Source: Alphaproteobacteria bacterium
GTDB lineage: Bacteria; Pseudomonadota; Alphaproteobacteria; MPNO01; UBA830
Direction: 5' to 3'
DNA: 64,000 bases
Assembly (NCBI GenBank): GCA_964291215.2
Contig: OZ219791.1
Location: 32,001 to 96,000, forward strand
Part shown: positions 59,682 to 64,000 of the stretch, piece by piece
Position numbering within the stretch: position 1 is the first letter of the stretch
How the letters are laid out: the number at the start of each line of letters is the position of its first letter
The notes under the pieces: generated by a model
Told to the model about the DNA's origin: nothing
The model's database searches: none
Seen by the model: the letters and a program-made list of their open reading frames with translations, nothing else
Position numbers and translations under genes: made by a program

Positions 59682-61422
59682 CTAGGCCGAAGTTCCAGCA
59701 CCGATCAGACGTATCATTATGAATGTATTGACGTTTGAAAAAATCGGGTGTGTCGCTACTGAGAACGCTGCAGGCGTACGCCGAGGTAGTCCAGGGCCTT
59801 TTTCTGGAGCGGCGTGGGCCGCGTGGTGACCTGGAAGGGTTTGGCGCCCGCAAGGCGGGGCGCCACGGTGTTGCGGGTGGCGAGATCATCGAGGAGAGTG
59901 CGGAAGCTGTGCCACCTCCGGGCGTCCTCTTCGTTGCCGCCTTGGCCCGGGCGCTCGCCGAGACCTCTGCCGGCGCCACGACGGACGGCCGCCTTCGGCA
60001 TCCTCGTCGTCGAACAGCATGGGCTTCAGTCGCATGTGCCATTCGATGTAGTAGGCGAGCATGCACAGGAAGACGTGGGCCCGGGGCGGTGGTAGACGGG
60101 ACGGACCTTCAGATCCACGGTCTTCAGGCTGCGGAAGGCCCGTTCCACCGAACTCAACCGCTTGTAGGCGCGCACCGCGCCGTCGAGTGCGCTCTGCGGC
60201 AGGCGGATCACGTAGAGGACTCGGCGGCGATGGCAGCCTCATCGCGCCCATAGGTGAAGACACCGTCGTCGTCGATGGACCACGTGAAGTGCTTCGCCAT
60301 CTTGTACTTGCCGATGACCTTCCTCTCCCCGATCTTCCCGGCGCTTGTCGCGCCGTGTCGCTGCTGCGATCGGTTCAAGCCTCGGTGGCCTCGAGCAGTT
60401 CCTGGCGCTTTCGGTCCTCGGCCAGCAGGGGGTTGCGGCAGAGGCGTTCGCCGGGATACGCATCACTGGTGATCTCCACCAGGTCGCTCTCGTCGAAGAG
60501 CGACATCGTCACCCGCCTCCACCAGGGAACGGATGCCCCTCAAGGCGCTGATCCAGGCCCGCAGGCTTCACCTCCTCGCGCGCCTCGGTCCCCCGGTCTC
60601 CCACCACCTTCGCCAGGGAGAAGCGCTCCTGCAGCGTGGTGATCTGTGATGCCACCGTCCCGGGGTCCGCCGTGTTGCCGGGGAACACTTCCACCGACAG
60701 CCGTCCCGATCGCACAGAAGGCCGGCTGCAGCTTGCCCTTCTTGCCATCCCGGGAATGACCCCGTTTGGCCAGGGGACACCCCTCCATCCACACTGAAGT
60801 CAGGAGCACCAGGCAGCCCTCTTCGAGGCGCCGCCAGGGACCGCTCGATCCTCTCCTGACGCTCCAGGAGCTAGGCGCCGTAGAGGACCTCCTCGTCCAT
60901 CTCCGCATCGAGGCCAGGGTGGAGACCGCTGTGGCCAGCCCCCTGGCCAGCTTCGAAGCGGGCTCGAGGATGCGTGCCACGATCATGGCCAGGACCTGAT
61001 CGCGCGAGGGCTTCGGGTCGATCAGCCTGTCCAGCTTCTTCAGGGTTCCCAGCACCGCGGCGACATGGGGAAGGGAGCGGACGATGTCGAAGGCATCGTC
61101 ACCGAGGGGTTCGTTCTTCAAGAGGCGCCGCAGGGTCTCAACCTTCTCCATGGGCCAGGAGGAGAGATTGGTGCGCTTCTTGACCTTGCCGTTCTCGCGC
61201 CATCCTTCGCGCAGGAGGACGGCGGGGGGGGGGGGGGGGAGTTGCGGTTGGGGACGATGTCTACATACATGGCAACGTATATGGGGCATAACGCCCATTT
61301 TTTCAATTTAAAAATTCGGCTTTACATGGTAATACTCACGCGCCATCATCGCACTATCCTGCCAACACAATCAAGCAGTTGTCGTGATTCTGCTGCTGAA
61401 ATCAGCGGGAACTTCGGACTAG
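59682..61422 (-). mobile_element. IS1634-family element, degraded, CTAG-flanked
   Basis: TIRs CTAG(G/T)CCGAAGTTCC. Motifs MYVDIVPNRNSPP..LLREGWRENGKVKKRT, GHSRDGK, VFPGNTAD, YKRLSSVERAFRSLKTVDLKVRPVYH, AHVFLCMLAYY. Confidence 0.9.
61224..61239 (-). repeat. C16 tract (G16 on +) near the start of the IS1634 transposase, out of frame
   Basis: Direct count of 16. AAC-T-C16-GCC-GTC needs C14 or C17 to stay in frame. Confidence 0.85.
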
Positions 61423-61487
61423 GATACGCCCCGGAACGCTCCCTGTGAGTACCTGTACGGTCCCTGTATCGAAACGCTAGGAAACCT

Positions 61488-62960
61488 ATCGCGGTAGGGA
61501 ACCGGGTTTCCCCGGTCCCCCCGCACAGATCCGGACTTGCGCTGTTCGCTCCTCCCCTGACGACAAGGCGCTGGTTTGGCCACGGATGCTGGCCTTAGGC
61601 CAGTGAGCTTCGATGAGGGTGTCCATGTCCCCGGTGCGATCCTTTTGGGAACGCCGCCGAAGGGCACGCAGCCGTTTGCATTGGTATATGAACCCCTGCA
61701 GGCTGCTTCCCGGAACGGCGTAGTAGCAGCCTTTGATCACTCGCCACTTGGCCGTCTTGTGCCGATTGTCGTGCCACCGCTTGCGCAACGCCTCCTTGAT
61801 CCGCCGCAAGGTGCCCGTTTCCGGGATGGTTTGCGGCCGACCCTGAACTTGCCCTTCCTCGTCTGCTCGCAATAGTGCCTCATACCGAGGAAGTCGAACG
61901 TCTTGCCCCCGCTTCCGGCGGTTCGCTCCCGCAAACCGACCGAACTCGATGATTGTCCGGGTGCAGTTCAAGTGAGCCAACCTCTCCCCGAGGTCCCAGC
62001 GCTTCGCATCGCCCTGATCCTGAAAGCCGCACACAAAATCATCCGCATACCGCACGATGATCGTGTCAGTCATCCGTTTGCACCAGTGGTTCTGAAACCA
62101 GTCACGTAGTGCAGGTAAACGTTCGCCAGGCAGGGGCTGCGCCCTGTGGCGAACCAACACCGGTGTCGCTCCATGACGCCAGCGTCACTTGATGATCAGA
62201 CCCCCCGATCCGTCTCTCGAGCATCGCGACCAGGTGGTCGCGGTTGTCGAAGGGGCGTCAACGATCCAGTTGACCTTCCGCCGTTCCACCGTGACTGCAT
62301 CGAGCGCGTTGTGCGTCCCGGCCGGAAACCGTAACTGAACCCGAGGAACTCCGTCTCGCGGTACCAGAATCGTGTCCGTCACTGCCCGCTGAAGAATCTT
62401 GTCCGAGGCAAGCGGTCGTTGCCCTCCTTGGGTATGTATACCCGACGGAGGCGCCCGCCCCTGTGCACACGGCAGGTCGACCAGTTCCACACCTTCCGCA
62501 TACGCGTGCCACGTAACTCCGTCCACGCCCGCTGCCGCGTCCTTTCTCAAGGAGTGAAACGCCGCGTGCAGGACATCACGTGGTGGAGCAACGTCACAAG
62601 ACGCTCTTCCGGATTCCTCTTCGCAACTTGTCGTATGCGCCGCCTGTGACCCCCGCTTCTGCGCGCGGCGCGGGTCAACCGCATTGCCCTTCCCTCCAGC
62701 AACTCCGCAGGCTCCGGAGAGCCCTTGTTCGCCGCCTTCAGCGGTACTATGGCCGAATCTGACTTCTCGTTCATCATCGGTTTACGGAACAGTTCCTTTC
62801 CTCTGCGGCCCCTCCACGACAGAGGGGCAAGACCTCCCAGGTCCCTGCTTCGGCCATGGTTCTCGGACCCCGCGGAGCCCCCCTCACCAACGCGGCTCGT
62901 TGCCTTCGGCCACGACCTCGGCACTCCGGTTTCAAAGCACCTCGTGGCTCAATAGCCTGG
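61488..62960 (-). mobile_element. ltrA: Group II intron, diverged second copy lacking about 130 nt of the 5' end; RT ORF frameshifted
   Basis: 3' end CCCTACCGCGAT. Motifs IIVRYADDFVCGF and RKDAAAGVDGVTW. Similarity to copy 1 stops at AATAGCCTGG. Confidence 0.88.
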
Positions 62961-62987
62961 TCGGGTAGGCTGCTGGCGCGCGCATCC

Positions 62988-63088
62988 TTAAGCGAAGGCT
63001 TTATCCGTCACCGCTCTTTCGATTGCGGGCGGGTTCGCAGAATCGCCATAGACCACGTTTCCAGCAGCCCCCCTAAAATTCCGTACGT
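62988..63088 (-). pseudogene. Possible 3' end of an unidentified gene interrupted by IS66 copy 4
   Basis: Open frame ...VRNFRGAAGNVVYGDSANPPAIERAVTDKAFA* abuts the IS end. Family not recognised. Confidence 0.3.
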
Positions 63089-64000
63089 GTAACTGCTCAC
63101 CCCCTGGCTCCGGCTTGATGTCGGGGTAGAGTAACGAACGGGTTTTCGTGGAGATTTGACACTGCATGCCGATTCGCTTAGTGGTGGTCATCGAGAACGA
63201 CGGGGACCGCCAGTGGGCTACTTTGGATCGAAGGCGACGAGCGGGCTGTGCCAGCTGCTTCCGGGGCTCCAGCCTCCGCATGATCTGTATGTGGAAACGC
63301 ATCTCGGAGGCGGCGCGCCGATGAAGCGCAAGGCCGGGTGATGGCGACGGTCAACGCGGCGCGCGAGGAGTTCGAAGCGGCCAAGACCCGGATCGCGGCG
63401 CTGCGTGCGGCCGGCAAGGTGGCGGAAGAGGCCGTCATCCGCGTCCTCGTCATCCTGCTCGACATCATCATCGTCGTCCTTCTGGAGAAGACTACGCGCA
63501 AAACGAGCCGGAACTCCGGTCTGCCGCCGTCACAGACGGACAAGGACAAGAGCGCGAGGCGCGCCGGAAGCAACGGCAAGGGCCCGAAGCCGAACCGGCA
63601 GATGGGCGACAACCTGCCATCGTCGAGGAAACGGTCGCGGCCTGCGACGCCTGCGGCGCCGACATCGACGGCCCCGTCGATCGGGAGCGCCGCGTCCTCT
63701 ACGACATCGTGTTCGAGGTCGTCGAGCGCCGCGCCGAGATCAAGGAATGTCCGAAGTGCAAGGCCCGGACCAAGGGCCGGTTCCCCGACAACATCCCGTG
63801 CAGTACGGCATCGGCATTCAGGCCCTTGTCATCAACCTGCTGGTCGCCCAGATGCTGTCCCTGCGCCGTGCCGTCGCGTTCGTGCAGGCGATCTCCGGCA
63901 TCAAGCTCTCCGAGGCCTCGGCTATGCTTTCACGATGCGTCATGGGAGGAGGCCGCCGTGGCGCACCTCCTGCAACGCCCGATGTCGATGATTTCGGATC
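63089..64000 (+). mobile_element. IS66 copy 4 (runs off the window)
   Basis: GTAACTGCTCACCCC end. Least-deleted transposase N-terminus: MATVNAAREEFEAAKTRIAALRAAG...RKTSRNSGLPPSQTDKD. Confidence 0.92.

Noticed and set aside
41963-62960. RT genes as a DGR or retron diversifying the adhesins
   Set aside because: They have YADD motifs, group II termini and domain V/VI-like ends. I found no TR/VR pair with A-specific mismatches and no msr/msd.

Overview
GC-rich, probably alphaproteobacterial window with three layers. (1) 1-~13.3 kb is the end of an integrated island. It holds a MoxR-like AAA ATPase (truncated at the edge), an FN3/Calx-beta autotransporter whose RBS-supported start is out of frame across a C18 tract, an RTX protein, autotransporter and integrase remnants, a GNAT/DUF1778 toxin-antitoxin pair and a large serine recombinase, followed by an HTH-Fic gene. 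(2) ~17.9-59.6 kb is a largely intact catabolic island of about 30 genes and unknown substrate: MmgE/PrpD, flavoprotein, 2 OYE, SDR, CoA ligase, amidohydrolase, acyl-CoA dehydrogenase, 2 GMC, TauD, Dpp-type ABC, amidase, hydantoinase/oxoprolinase AB, ICL/PEP-mutase lyase, LeuCD-like hydratase, GntR and TRAP DctQ. A 29-bp operator-like repeat occurs at two of its promoters. (3) A dense mobilome: four IS66 (single-ORF type) copies, IS630, IS256, IS5, IS1634 and two group II introns, some nested with exact target duplications. The most novel signals are a collapsed DNA adenine methyltransferase mini-gene coupled to the IS66 transposase, three long C/G tracts in switch-like positions, and CTAG-targeted insertions into both ends of one IS66. 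Multi-copy sequences carry many microhomology-flanked deletions while single-copy genes are almost all clean, so many 'pseudogene' calls may be assembly or polishing artefacts. All family calls come from motif recognition; no database search was run.
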